From IMG/VR virus record IMGVR_UViG_3300033889_000554: 64,000 nucleotides of DNA; one strand, 5' to 3'. Source of the DNA: a virus. This document shows, one piece after another, positions 29,439 through 39,057 of this stretch (position 1 is the stretch's first letter; every line of letters begins with the position of its first letter). The translations under genes and the position numbers were made by a program. The notes under the pieces are model-generated. The model did no database searches, was not told the DNA's origin, and worked only from the letters and a program-made list of their open reading frames with translations.

Positions 29439-29486
29439 ACGGGTATCGTCTTTTTTCATGCGGGTATTTTCGGTCAATATACCCGC
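29439..29486. promoter_or_regulatory. Putative integrase arm-type sites, right end
   Basis: ACGGGTAT 29439, GCGGGTAT 29460 and inverted ATACCCGC 29479. Confidence 0.6.
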
Positions 29487-29540
29487 AAAATTGCTTGCCG
29501 TTGTTAAATCTCATAACACTTCTTTGGACTAATAACAACA

Positions 29541-29568
29541 AAAAACCCGCTATTTCTAACGGGTTTTT
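29541..29568 (-). terminator. Intrinsic terminator between the att site and the integrase
   Basis: AAAAACCCG/CGGGTTTTT stem, flanked by the direct repeat ACTTCTTTGGA (29518-29528, 29571-29581). Confidence 0.7.
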
Positions 29569-29592
29569 GTACTTCTTTGGATTGTATCAAAC

Positions 29593-29608
29593 TATGTCTT
29601 GGTGGAGG
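29593..29608 (-). repeat. att direct repeat copy 2; junction between the two elements
   Basis: TATGTCTTGGTGGAGG, identical to 962-977. Confidence 0.85.
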
Positions 29609-29653
29609 GAACGACGACCTACCGCAAAACAGCCTCAAAGCCTGCGCTCCTCG

Positions 29654-29666
29654 TAACTCCTTGATA
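29654..29666 (-). promoter_or_regulatory. IHF consensus site beside the att
   Basis: Minus strand TATCAAGGAGTTA matches WATCAANNNNTTR, ~45 bp from the att repeat. Confidence 0.55.
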
Positions 29667-29900
29667 ATAAACACCGAAGTCACCTCACACAACCACTTCC
29701 CGTCAACCCGACCAGAGAAACAATTTTCTCCCCTGACTTCCCGGCATCGGACGATGGTGACGGGTTTGCAGTAAAACCGGATACCTGGCGTCGAGCCGCA
29801 ACAACTTCAAATCCGGTTTTCGGACGCCGGTTCGGTTCCCAAAACGGGAATCGAATTGAGCATCCCGGGCAAGCAACCCTGCCTCCGGTGGCGTCATGAC

Positions 29901-30656
29901 TCACACCTTTTTCGCCACGTAAACGCCGTAGCTGTAGTAGTCGCGGAATCTTTCATACAGGGCTATTTCGTGCCGTTCCGCATCGACGATAGCCTTGGCC
30001 TGGTCGCTGTGGCCATGCCTCTCCAGAAACGCATCAAAACGGCTCTGCATGGGGCGATAGTAATTCTCGAGCCAGCAATGCACCGGCAGGACAAAGTAGC
30101 CTTCCGGGCTATAGCCATGCCGTTCAAGGAGCCCGATCTTTGCTGATGCGACATCGATCTCCGGGTATTCAGTCTCCCAATGGGACTGGAGCTCCGGCGG
30201 TCGTTTGGCGCTGAGCCAGGTGATCTCAGAAACGATGAGCTTTCCACCGGGCTTCAGGAATCGCCTCCAGGCTGACACCCCGGCTTCGAAGCCCATGTTG
30301 TAGACGGCCCCTTCGGACCAGATCACGTCAAATTCTCCCTCCGTAAAAGGCAGGGCATCCATGGAGGAGTTCAGCGGTGTGATCCTGTCCGCCACGCCGT
30401 GGTCGCTGGCTCTGGTTTGAAGCTCGTCTAAAAACTCAGGGAGGAAGTCCACGGCGGTGATGTCAGCATCCAGCTTCTTGGCCAGGAGGATAGTGGATGC
30501 GCCAGTACCACAGCCAATATCCGCGATCTTCAGCGGACGCGACCGGTCGAGGCCAGCCAACTCCATTGCCCGTTTTGATTCAGCGTCCCCGCCTGGCCCT
30601 TGCCTGAAATTTGATTTATGCAGATCAAGCAAAAGCTGCATTTGGAAATCATCCAT
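29901..30656 (-). CDS. Class I SAM-dependent methyltransferase (no DNA-MTase motif seen)
   Basis: IADIGCGTG, FDVIWSEGA, LKPGG. Confidence 0.88.
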   Translation of the reverse strand: MDDFQMQLLLDLHKSNFRQGPGGDAESKRAMELAGLDRSRPLKIADIGCGTGASTILLAKKLDADITAVDFLPEFLDELQTRASDHGVADRITPLNSSMDALPFTEGEFDVIWSEGAVYNMGFEAGVSAWRRFLKPGGKLIVSEITWLSAKRPPELQSHWETEYPEIDVASAKIGLLERHGYSPEGYFVLPVHCWLENYYRPMQSRFDAFLERHGHSDQAKAIVDAERHEIALYERFRDYYSYGVYVAKKV

Positions 30657-30682
30657 ATTTCTTCCTCACTCAATACGCCAGA

Positions 30683-30916
30683 TCACCCCTTCGGGGGATA
30701 CGGATCGTTTCCGTGGCTGTCCTTGTTCTGGATCTTCCCGTCCTTGCCGTGGATGTAGAACTCCGTGCCTTGGTTCTGGCTGATCTTGCGTCCGGCATCA
30801 ACGGCATCCTGCTTCTTGTCGAAGTGACCGCTGCTACGGGTCGCGCCGTCTTTCTTGACGTCCCAGCCGCCGTCGGCGTTGGGTACAACATGATGTGATC
30901 CTGGTTTCTTTGGCAT
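30683..30916 (-). CDS. DUF2188-family small protein
   Basis: HHVVPNADGGWDVKKDGA...IHGKDGKIQNKDSHGNDPYPPKG; AGGAGG RBS. Confidence 0.88.
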   Translation of the reverse strand: MPKKPGSHHVVPNADGGWDVKKDGATRSSGHFDKKQDAVDAGRKISQNQGTEFYIHGKDGKIQNKDSHGNDPYPPKG

Positions 30917-30929
30917 GGTCGCCTCCTGT

Positions 30930-32084
30930 CTACTTGTGAAAATTTCCCGACGAGATTTGCAGTATGTACATCAGCCACGAATCGGTTCTGAGGAGAATGG
31001 CCCTGAGCTGTTCATCGGTCAGCGCAGTCTCCAACTCGTGAACCCGATTGAACAGCTCGATCATCTTCACCAGCGCCCGGGTATCGTGCATCAGGAAGTC
31101 GGTCAGCGGATCGTTGTTCAGCTCCCGGCAAACATAAAGAACCCTGGCTCGACGGGTAGGTTTACCCTCATGAAGCAGGTCCTTCTGGTTGGACACCACC
31201 GGAATCCACGCGGCGACAAGATCATCGGGTGCCAATCGCCTGAGCAGATGATTCCAAAGCTCCCTGAGCGAGCTCAGAATGTGCCTTGCCCGGTCGGCAT
31301 TGTTACCATACAGGGCATCCCGAGCGCCGATGTACGGCCGTGCGAGCCCCGGATCGACCTGTTGCAGAAGAGCGATGCAGCCCGATGTTTCCAGCTCAGC
31401 TTCGGCGACAAGCTGAATTTCCGTTTCGGCCTCATCCTCATCCCGGTCGTCCCAGGGGCGAAGGGTCTCGAGCGCGAAGCTGGTGGTGTAGATCTCACGA
31501 GTGGCCCCCGGCAAAACGAAGGCAGGCAGCCGCGTAATGTCCGAGATCTCCCGTATAGACTCTGCCAAACCTCCATACGATGCTGCTACATGGGCTATTG
31601 AGCTCTCCAGCCCCGCGATGACCGGCATCTCGATCTGGAAACGCCCCCTTATCGCCTCGAAATCGATGCCCCCCATGAGCCGTTCCGTGGCGGCAAGCCG
31701 CAGGGATGTGTCACACAGGGCCAGTTTGGCGGATGCCTGAAGCTGGGAAAGGTGCGAGAAGTCGTGCTGGAGAGGCTTCATACGCTCAAGCCATGACTGA
31801 TGTGCAGCCGCAAGGCTCTCGGCAATGCGGTTTGTCACGGAGGCCTGCTTTATCAACTCCTGCCAGTGCTGATTGGCGTTGGCTATCTCTTGTATCTGGG
31901 CCATGGCTCCAGACATTTCGAAGGCGCGACTGAATTCCAAATGCTGACGACGGATCGGTTCCAGCGTGCGCTCCATCTGCTCGATCACGCTCAGATAGGA
32001 CGGTTTGGCCAGTCTGTTGATGGCCTCCATGTCATGATGGAGTTTTGCGAGGGCGGTTTTGGCTGTTTTTATGTCGTCAGGCAT
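30930..32084 (-). CDS. Helical N-terminus plus predicted pPIWI-associating nuclease-like C-terminal domain
   Basis: C-terminal RHILSSLRELWNHLLRRLAPD...GKPTRRARVLY...NRVH; family recalled from memory. Confidence 0.55.
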   Translation of the reverse strand: MPDDIKTAKTALAKLHHDMEAINRLAKPSYLSVIEQMERTLEPIRRQHLEFSRAFEMSGAMAQIQEIANANQHWQELIKQASVTNRIAESLAAAHQSWLERMKPLQHDFSHLSQLQASAKLALCDTSLRLAATERLMGGIDFEAIRGRFQIEMPVIAGLESSIAHVAASYGGLAESIREISDITRLPAFVLPGATREIYTTSFALETLRPWDDRDEDEAETEIQLVAEAELETSGCIALLQQVDPGLARPYIGARDALYGNNADRARHILSSLRELWNHLLRRLAPDDLVAAWIPVVSNQKDLLHEGKPTRRARVLYVCRELNNDPLTDFLMHDTRALVKMIELFNRVHELETALTDEQLRAILLRTDSWLMYILQISSGNFHK

Positions 32085-32089
32085 GTTTT

Positions 32090-33928
32090 CTATCCTTGTG
32101 CCGCAACAGAATTAACAGCGCCGACCAGCGAGCCCAGCTTCTGTTTGAGAAACGCCGCACGCGCCTCGACAAACGCCTCGAACGCGACGAAGGTGAGATT
32201 AGTCCCTGTCGGTATCAGAAGATCCTCGGCTTTCGTTCCGTTTTGCCTGGCAAGCCATTGCTCGAGCGGCTCGTCCTGCTTGGATTTGTTCTTGGATGAA
32301 TTCAGCAAATGAAGATTGGCGATGCCGTTCCAGTTCTCGGGATTTTCATAGAAAGAGCGCCCTCCCGGATTATTGAAACCGACATGCGTATCCAATCTCT
32401 TCTTTCTGAAAGACGCTGCGGGATGCAGGTGATCGATATCGAGAGACTGGGTGAAATCCAGGTCCGGGAACAAGAGCGCCAGAATGGAAAAGCAGGAAGA
32501 ATCGTCCTTTTGAGTTTTCAGCAATCGGTCGATGAAGTCGTCGTCAAAAGTGAGGTCTTTTGCCGTGCCTCGATAATCGGTCACAATTTCGTCCAGGGGG
32601 AACCCGGCAGAACTCGAAACACCCGGGCGAATGATCTTCCGCAGGTTGGTCAGCAGAGCGTCCCCTTGGCCGCCGAATACTCCCTTGAGCAAAGACATGT
32701 GCAGCCACTGGCGGATTCGCTTCCGTTCTTCCTCGTGACGAGCTCTGTTGTTGATGTCCGCATACAGCCCTTGCTTGCCGTTGGTCTTGTCCCGACCTTT
32801 GTGGAATAGATAATAGGCAATCGGGATGGCCGCGTTCTTGGCTCTCAGGGCGGCATCGTTGAGGCCGAACGACCGGATGAGGCGGAACACCTCCAAGATA
32901 CAAGTCTTGATGTCGTCCCATTCTTGCTCGATTTTGGCTACCTGGTCTCCGGTGAAATTCTTGACCTTGAATCGCACATCCGCGTCGGAGAGCATCAAAG
33001 CCGTTTTCAGAACGAAATCACGATTGATGGAAAACTCCATATCTGATCCGAAACGGACCTGGTCCACCAGATCGTCGATTTGTTGCCTTGCATCCTTCTT
33101 CCAGTTGGCCACGGCGATGGACATCAACAAATCCGAGAACGCGAGGGGTGTTCCACCGTGGTTGGTGCGGATGAAAATGTCGAGGACGTGATCGATGGAT
33201 TGATTGGTTTCGTTGTAGAAGTGGATGGTGCTGTCCCGGCGAATGGCGAAATACAGTCGAGTGAGCGCCTTACGAGCATACTTGTTGGATTCCTGCCCAA
33301 TCCCCTGGAGATAATCCATGACGATATCGAGAACGTCATCGTCGGTTTCGGCTGCATCAAAATCGAGGATTTCACCGACCTGAAACCAAATCTTTTCTGC
33401 CTTGCCCGTGTCCTCATTGAACTGCGCGTCCGTCAGGAACTTGAACTCGTGGCTCATCATCTCCTCGTTCGATTCTTCGTCGAGAGGAGCCGCGAGGTTG
33501 AGGTAGAGCTTGCGCGGTGGAAGGATGCTATCGTCCTTGGTGCGAGGCCACCATTTCCTGGGCAGTTTGTATGCGTAGGTGCCCTTGAGCCCGATGTAAA
33601 GTGAAGTCAGTCGCTGCTGGCCATCGATGACGGCAAAGAAGTCGCCATGCCCTTTGGTGTCGAAGTCCGGATTGTTTTCTTCGAAGCGCTCGCAATACCG
33701 TTCAAGGAATTGGTAAAAGCGGAAACTCTTCTTGACCTCCGGCTCTCGAACTTCCCAGAACATGAAGGTATTGATCGGATAGCCTCGCATGATCGAGTCG
33801 AACAGGACGCATATCTGAGAGCTGCTCCAGGTGAATTTTCGCTGAATGGCAGGCAGCAAGTAGCGCCGGTTGACGATTTGATGAATCGCCTTCTCGATTG
33901 TTATCGCCTTCTCGTACTCGCCAGCCAT
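32090..33928 (-). CDS. gmrSD: GmrSD-family (DUF262 + HNH/DUF1524) type IV restriction endonuclease
   Basis: LPAIQRKFTW, IDGQQRLTS, IFIRTNHGG; C-terminal DIDHLHP...ANLHLL...NKSK. Confidence 0.88.
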   Translation of the reverse strand: MAGEYEKAITIEKAIHQIVNRRYLLPAIQRKFTWSSSQICVLFDSIMRGYPINTFMFWEVREPEVKKSFRFYQFLERYCERFEENNPDFDTKGHGDFFAVIDGQQRLTSLYIGLKGTYAYKLPRKWWPRTKDDSILPPRKLYLNLAAPLDEESNEEMMSHEFKFLTDAQFNEDTGKAEKIWFQVGEILDFDAAETDDDVLDIVMDYLQGIGQESNKYARKALTRLYFAIRRDSTIHFYNETNQSIDHVLDIFIRTNHGGTPLAFSDLLMSIAVANWKKDARQQIDDLVDQVRFGSDMEFSINRDFVLKTALMLSDADVRFKVKNFTGDQVAKIEQEWDDIKTCILEVFRLIRSFGLNDAALRAKNAAIPIAYYLFHKGRDKTNGKQGLYADINNRARHEEERKRIRQWLHMSLLKGVFGGQGDALLTNLRKIIRPGVSSSAGFPLDEIVTDYRGTAKDLTFDDDFIDRLLKTQKDDSSCFSILALLFPDLDFTQSLDIDHLHPAASFRKKRLDTHVGFNNPGGRSFYENPENWNGIANLHLLNSSKNKSKQDEPLEQWLARQNGTKAEDLLIPTGTNLTFVAFEAFVEARAAFLKQKLGSLVGAVNSVAAQG

Positions 33929-34414
33929 CTATTCCTCACTCTCTCTTCCAACTTGGGCTTCCAACTGCTCATTTGCAGGGATAACCGTTTGCTTCTCGCT
34001 CGACACCAACCATTCGCTCACAAGTCTCGCAACCTCATCGGGGTCGGCGCTTTTGCCTTTTAGCGAACACTCCCAGACCACCGCCACCCTCCAGCCCGCA
34101 TCCTGAAGGGCTTCGATGTGCCGTCGGTCTCTGGCGATGTTTTCGTCGAACTTCTTGCGCCAGAAATCCACGTTGGTTCTGGGCGTCGTGGTCGCCTTGC
34201 AACCGTGGCGGTGCCAGAAACAGCCATGGACGAACAAAGCCGCCTTGAACCTGGGGAAGACGACATCCGGAGATCCCGGCAACCTCTTGTCGTGAAGCCG
34301 ATATCGCAACCCGATTTTGTGCAGCGACCGTCGAAGCTTCATCTCCGGGCCGGTGTCCTTTTGACCGACCCTGGACATGATTCTCGAACGTGTCGTTTTG
34401 TCCACGGTATCCAC
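33929..34414 (-). CDS. vsr: Very short patch repair endonuclease
   Basis: RSRIMSRV...DTGPE...LPGSPD...FVHGCFWH...VVWEC. Confidence 0.95.
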   Translation of the reverse strand: MDTVDKTTRSRIMSRVGQKDTGPEMKLRRSLHKIGLRYRLHDKRLPGSPDVVFPRFKAALFVHGCFWHRHGCKATTTPRTNVDFWRKKFDENIARDRRHIEALQDAGWRVAVVWECSLKGKSADPDEVARLVSEWLVSSEKQTVIPANEQLEAQVGRESEE

Positions 34415-34440
34415 TGCCGTTCATCCTCGGTGCCCGCCGC

Positions 34441-36429
34441 TCATATCCTGTCGACGATTCTTTCCAGCTTGTCGAGCTGTTTGCTCTTTTTAAGGAACTC
34501 GGAATACGCCTCCTGTGCTCCTCTGATGAGAGAGTCGTAGTGGACGATTCTGCTGCCCGGCGAGATCGCCGTCATGGACGATTTCAGTCGTTCCGGGTTG
34601 CTCCCTTCCTCGTCGATGGGCTCACCGAGAACGAAAACCACCTCGATGTTCGGAGTCGCGTCGCCCTGGGCGAGCAGGATTTTCTTGAGCTTGTCCACAT
34701 AGGTCTGCCCTTGCTCCTGCAGTTCGAGGAGCTTCATTTTCCGTTTGACCCGCTTCAGTTCGACGATGATGTGCTTTCCGGCCATCGTCCGATAGGCGAT
34801 GTCGACACGCCCGAGTTTTTCCTTTTCGGTCATGTCCTGCGTGAGCACGCCGTCGGTGGTGAGTCTCGTCTCCATCACCTCGCTGGCGGTCGCTCTTTCC
34901 CATGCCGGGTCAAGCAGCCACAGATGATCGAACAGATACTTTTGCAGGACGCTTTCCTTGGCGTTGTCGTCGGCTATTCCCTGAAAATCCTTGATGGCAT
35001 CGAGGCGGGACTTCACTATATCCCGGTAAAGCGAAGCCTCGAGGGAGTCCCTGTCCGCAAGAATGGCCAGGAGCTTGTCTATGTCATGGACATGCGCGGC
35101 CAATTCTTCGGCCGAGCCCCGCAATTTCATGCGCTCGAACGCCAGGATGCCGTGTCGATACATGAGCTTCCGGTCCTCGTCCTGGTCGACGGGCAACGCA
35201 CTGAGCTTCGCGATCAGGGTTTCGGCGCTTTTGCGGAAGCCTTCCGGCAGGGACTCCAACCATTCGGCCAGGGCCGGTGACGTCTCCTTGGCCTTTTCCA
35301 CCTCGTGGAGTCGCCGCCATTCCGTCCAGCGTTTCTCGACCTGCGTGAGTTGCTTTCTGAGGAAAGCGATCAATTGAACATATCGTGGATCGTCCTCCTG
35401 AACTCGCTGTCTGTCGCTCGTGGCTATATCCGGTTCGTCGTCCGCATCGAGGAAGTCGGCCTCGATTTGCCCGGTGAGGTACTTCGTGTAGAGGCGACCG
35501 TCGTTCAACTTGTCGAGGATGTTTTCGTGAAAGAGCCGACCTCTCGCGAAGACGACAATGCTGTTCAGGTTGCCCGCATCGTCGCTGTCGAGCTGCTTCG
35601 GCAAACGGGCGGTCCCTATCCAGCCGGTGACCGACCAATCCCCATCCCATGCGTCGAGCCGATCCGAGAGGGCTTCCCGCTCCAACAACTGTCCTGCGGA
35701 CGAAAGATCCGGCTCTTCGTCTCCGAAACTCCAAAGGAACTGGACCATGGGCAAGTCGCCCCGATCGGCCGTGCTGATCGGATGTCCGTCGATCAGAATC
35801 TTGAATCCGTGCGCCTCTCCGACTACGGAAAAGCGACGAGCGAGTCGTTTCCGCAAGGCCGTGGCTCCGCGTCCGAGACGCTGGCGCTTGATATCCTTCA
35901 ACAGAATCGCGGTCCCATTGGTGACCTGTATTTCCTCCCGAGGCAGCTTTTCCGGGCTATAAAAAGGTTCTTTGTCCTGGACCGACTTGTGAATTCCGTC
36001 GATCGTCATTCTCAGTCCATGGGACTCGCCGTTCTTTGCCGAGTGAACTTCAATCGTGTTGGCTATTGAGAACAGAGACAGCTTGCCAAGGCCCTTTCTG
36101 CCCATGACGGGGCGTCCCTTGGCGGTCGTGCGACCGGTCTCCTGATCCTCGTCCCGGCGACGATAGCCGACCCGGAGGTACTTGGTGTTCATGTCCTCGA
36201 TGGACATTCCGATACCGTCGTCCTTGATCTCGATGAACTTCCCGTCCGGATCTATACCGATCTCGACGTTCTCCGCGTCGGCATCCCACGCGTTCGCGAC
36301 CGCTTCGGTCAACACTGCGGCGATGTTGCTGTAGAGATTGATTCCGAGATGGTCCAGGACGTTCAAATCCACCGTCATCCTGTAATGGTCGTTGCCCGCA
36401 ATGCCGTCCGTTCCGATTCCCTCGTTCAT
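34441..36429 (-). CDS. GHKL-ATPase-fused restriction endonuclease (HgiDII/BbrUII-like)
   Basis: EAVANAWDAD, DDGIGM, GRKGLGKL; C-terminal GRVDI...IIVELKR nuclease motif. Confidence 0.82.
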   Translation of the reverse strand: MNEGIGTDGIAGNDHYRMTVDLNVLDHLGINLYSNIAAVLTEAVANAWDADAENVEIGIDPDGKFIEIKDDGIGMSIEDMNTKYLRVGYRRRDEDQETGRTTAKGRPVMGRKGLGKLSLFSIANTIEVHSAKNGESHGLRMTIDGIHKSVQDKEPFYSPEKLPREEIQVTNGTAILLKDIKRQRLGRGATALRKRLARRFSVVGEAHGFKILIDGHPISTADRGDLPMVQFLWSFGDEEPDLSSAGQLLEREALSDRLDAWDGDWSVTGWIGTARLPKQLDSDDAGNLNSIVVFARGRLFHENILDKLNDGRLYTKYLTGQIEADFLDADDEPDIATSDRQRVQEDDPRYVQLIAFLRKQLTQVEKRWTEWRRLHEVEKAKETSPALAEWLESLPEGFRKSAETLIAKLSALPVDQDEDRKLMYRHGILAFERMKLRGSAEELAAHVHDIDKLLAILADRDSLEASLYRDIVKSRLDAIKDFQGIADDNAKESVLQKYLFDHLWLLDPAWERATASEVMETRLTTDGVLTQDMTEKEKLGRVDIAYRTMAGKHIIVELKRVKRKMKLLELQEQGQTYVDKLKKILLAQGDATPNIEVVFVLGEPIDEEGSNPERLKSSMTAISPGSRIVHYDSLIRGAQEAYSEFLKKSKQLDKLERIVDRI

Positions 36430-37217
36430 TGGTCGTTATCCTCGTTTACTTTTTCGATGACCTTCGTGGAAATCAGCGCTTCCAGATGTCGATGGAGCTC
36501 GAAGGGCAGCTCTCCGCCCTTTACGAGGACGCCGAGCTCCATGTTGCGCTCCATCGCGGCGGAGGTCAGATTCGCACTGGTGATGAAAGCCAGTTCGCCG
36601 TCGGCGACGGCACATTTGGCATGAACGGCTCCCGACAACTGTCCGGGCAGCGACTTCCTGTCCGACGACCAGACGTAAACGTCGATCGAGGGGAGAATGC
36701 CTTTCATGGCCTTGACGGAATCGTATGTCACCCGCCCGCCATGCTTGTCGGACGACTCGAGCAATACGTCGATCTGAACCTGGCGTCCTATCGCTCCACG
36801 GAGCGCCCGGATGATCGAATCGACTTCGTAGGCGACGAAGCTGACGAGAAACAGCCGTCTCTTCGCGGCTTCGATGACTTCACACAGCACCTGCTCTGTG
36901 TGCCTGACCGGAACCTGACCCGTCGAGGGGCCTGTCCATACCAGTTCCACGGCCCCACGGTTCTCTCTCAGGACTGCCGCCGCAGACGCTCCCCGGAGAG
37001 CGGAAGCCACGTCTCGCGGAGAGGTGTCCTTGCTGTTACGCCACGCCCGATCCAGACGTCCCACCAATTCCTTGTCGGCGTTGGGGCCGAAACTCGAACG
37101 AGTCAAGGCGAACTGCTCGACGGAGCCCAGCGTCTCGATCTTCGACGCGACGGTGGAGATACGATCCGGATGCAACTCCAGGCCGAGTTCGGCGATCACT
37201 GCCAGAAGGTCATCCAT
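36426..37217 (-). CDS. drmC: DISARM phospholipase D-like nuclease DrmC
   Basis: ELVWTGP, HAKCAVAD (HKD), TSANLT, NMELG. Confidence 0.93.
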   Translation of the reverse strand: MDDLLAVIAELGLELHPDRISTVASKIETLGSVEQFALTRSSFGPNADKELVGRLDRAWRNSKDTSPRDVASALRGASAAAVLRENRGAVELVWTGPSTGQVPVRHTEQVLCEVIEAAKRRLFLVSFVAYEVDSIIRALRGAIGRQVQIDVLLESSDKHGGRVTYDSVKAMKGILPSIDVYVWSSDRKSLPGQLSGAVHAKCAVADGELAFITSANLTSAAMERNMELGVLVKGGELPFELHRHLEALISTKVIEKVNEDNDQ

Positions 37218-39057
37218 TCGAGCCTCCGTTTCCGACGAAGAAAGCGGTGTCGGAGACTTCGAATGTTTTTACGAGCAGAGCCCTGTCCAGATAGCGATTT
37301 CCACGTTCACAGGACGTTTCGGCGACGAAGGTGCAGGCATGGCAGGCAGCGGAATGCAACGAACGATCGACACCGGGATTGTGTTCCGAGCAGAGGGGAT
37401 CGGAAGAGCAGACGGTGGCGCGATCCAGCGCCTGCTCGATCAAGCGTCCCAGATTCTCGGGTTTTCCGAGCTCGACGAGTCCACCGAGTGTCCCGTCGGA
37501 ATCGGCGGCTGCCGTGTAGAGCAACACCCCTGCCATGGGTGATTCGCTGTCGCTCTTCGCATAGATGCGTTCCCGGATGCTCGCCGCGTTGTAGCCACAT
37601 TCGAGAGCCAGCTCCCGAATGAGAAGATGAGCGAACGTGTGCAGCATGGCGTATCTGATGCCAGGATATCCCTCGTCGGGGTCCAGCCCACGTGCGTTCC
37701 GCCAGCCCCGATGACCCGCCTCCAGCTTTTGGCTTCTGGCCTGAACGGCTTTTTGCTTTTCCCATTCGGCCACGGCATTCTCGTCGAACCTGATGAATAT
37801 CCCTTCACCATGCACCTCGCTGGCGGGTATCCAATCGGGCTTGTTCCGGCTGAGATCGGCCATCGGCGGTCGCTCGTCCGGATCGGTCGATTCCTCTGGA
37901 GCCTCTACCCGGGTGTAGCCGATCAGGGCGTTCACTTCGCGGAGACGTTCCAGCAGCAGCACGCTGGCCAGACGGTCTCGATAGCCCTCCGGTGTTTCGG
38001 TCTTGCTGCTCAGAAAATGCGGCCAGTCCGTCGGAGGATCGTCCGAAGTCAGGACGTCCCACTCGGGGTCCTTGATGTCGCCCTCGGATATGACCGTGGT
38101 GCCCGATCTACCTTCCTTTCGGTCTTCGACGGCCTTCCAGATATCCCTATGATCCCATTTGTCGATTCCGGGCAGGCTGCCGCTCTTGACCAGGGTCTTC
38201 ACGATCACCTTGATCTCGTCGGCCGATTCCGCATCCGAGAAGTATTCCCATCCATCCAGAATCAATTGACCGAGCTGGTCACGTTCGAGAGGGATCGCGA
38301 GCACGGACAGCGTGATCGGGAACCACCCGTTGGTCGCCCCCAGGAGGATGGTTCTGGGGTCCTCGCCGCATTCCTCGTACTGGTTGAGGTGGGGATGCCG
38401 TCCTCTACAGGCGGGAAGGTTTTCCTGTGCCTCCCGCCCGAAGGCATGGACTAGAGAGCGTGCGGCATCGCAGGTGTCGCATTTGACCCAGAGGTTTTCG
38501 GTCTGCAGGGAAGCGCCTCGCTCGAAGAAACGCAGCGTCCCTTTGCACTCGGAGGGGCCGCCATGCACGAACCAATGCCAAGGAAAATCGTCGAGGTGAC
38601 CGTTTCTGCAGGCGAGCAGAAAACGGGCGGGAACCGCGTCGGCGTTCTTGCCTTTCTCACAGTTCGAATGCACGAAATGGGTCTGCTCCGGGCGGTACGG
38701 GTTGGCCTTGATGTCGAACAGGCCCGAATCGTATTCGGCCAGCAAGCCGCATTTGACGCATCTCAACCAACGCGGAAAGGGGCGGACCGGCACGCCGATC
38801 TTGCCTTCGGCGGACATGGGGTCGACGCCGTCCTCCCTCAGAAAGGGGGGCATCCGCAACCGTTCCACTTGAGGGCCGAGCACCCGGCGAACGGCGGCGA
38901 GCAGGCGTGCCTCCTCGATCGGAGGGCATCGGTCCGGATTCCAGCGATCAAGACCCATGGTCAACACCGAAAGATTCGGCAGGTCGATCAGAGCTCCGGG
39001 ACCATAGGTCCAGAGCAATTGACTGGGACGGACTTGTCCGACGAGATAGGAACTCAT
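37210..39057 (-). CDS. drmB: DISARM DrmB (DUF1998)
   Basis: VRPSQLLWTYGPGA, HTFAHLLI, CSSDPLC...ACHAC...SCERGN. Confidence 0.95.
   Translation of the reverse strand: MSSYLVGQVRPSQLLWTYGPGALIDLPNLSVLTMGLDRWNPDRCPPIEEARLLAAVRRVLGPQVERLRMPPFLREDGVDPMSAEGKIGVPVRPFPRWLRCVKCGLLAEYDSGLFDIKANPYRPEQTHFVHSNCEKGKNADAVPARFLLACRNGHLDDFPWHWFVHGGPSECKGTLRFFERGASLQTENLWVKCDTCDAARSLVHAFGREAQENLPACRGRHPHLNQYEECGEDPRTILLGATNGWFPITLSVLAIPLERDQLGQLILDGWEYFSDAESADEIKVIVKTLVKSGSLPGIDKWDHRDIWKAVEDRKEGRSGTTVISEGDIKDPEWDVLTSDDPPTDWPHFLSSKTETPEGYRDRLASVLLLERLREVNALIGYTRVEAPEESTDPDERPPMADLSRNKPDWIPASEVHGEGIFIRFDENAVAEWEKQKAVQARSQKLEAGHRGWRNARGLDPDEGYPGIRYAMLHTFAHLLIRELALECGYNAASIRERIYAKSDSESPMAGVLLYTAAADSDGTLGGLVELGKPENLGRLIEQALDRATVCSSDPLCSEHNPGVDRSLHSAACHACTFVAETSCERGNRYLDRALLVKTFEVSDTAFFVGNGGSNG

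Larger units (their letters stand above)
962..29608 (-). mobile_element. Integrative satellite-like element / genomic island carrying BREX and McrBC
   Basis: 16-bp flanking direct repeats, tyrosine integrase next to one repeat, AlpA, initiator and DnaB, arm-type repeats at both ends, and no capsid or tail genes. Confidence 0.85.
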
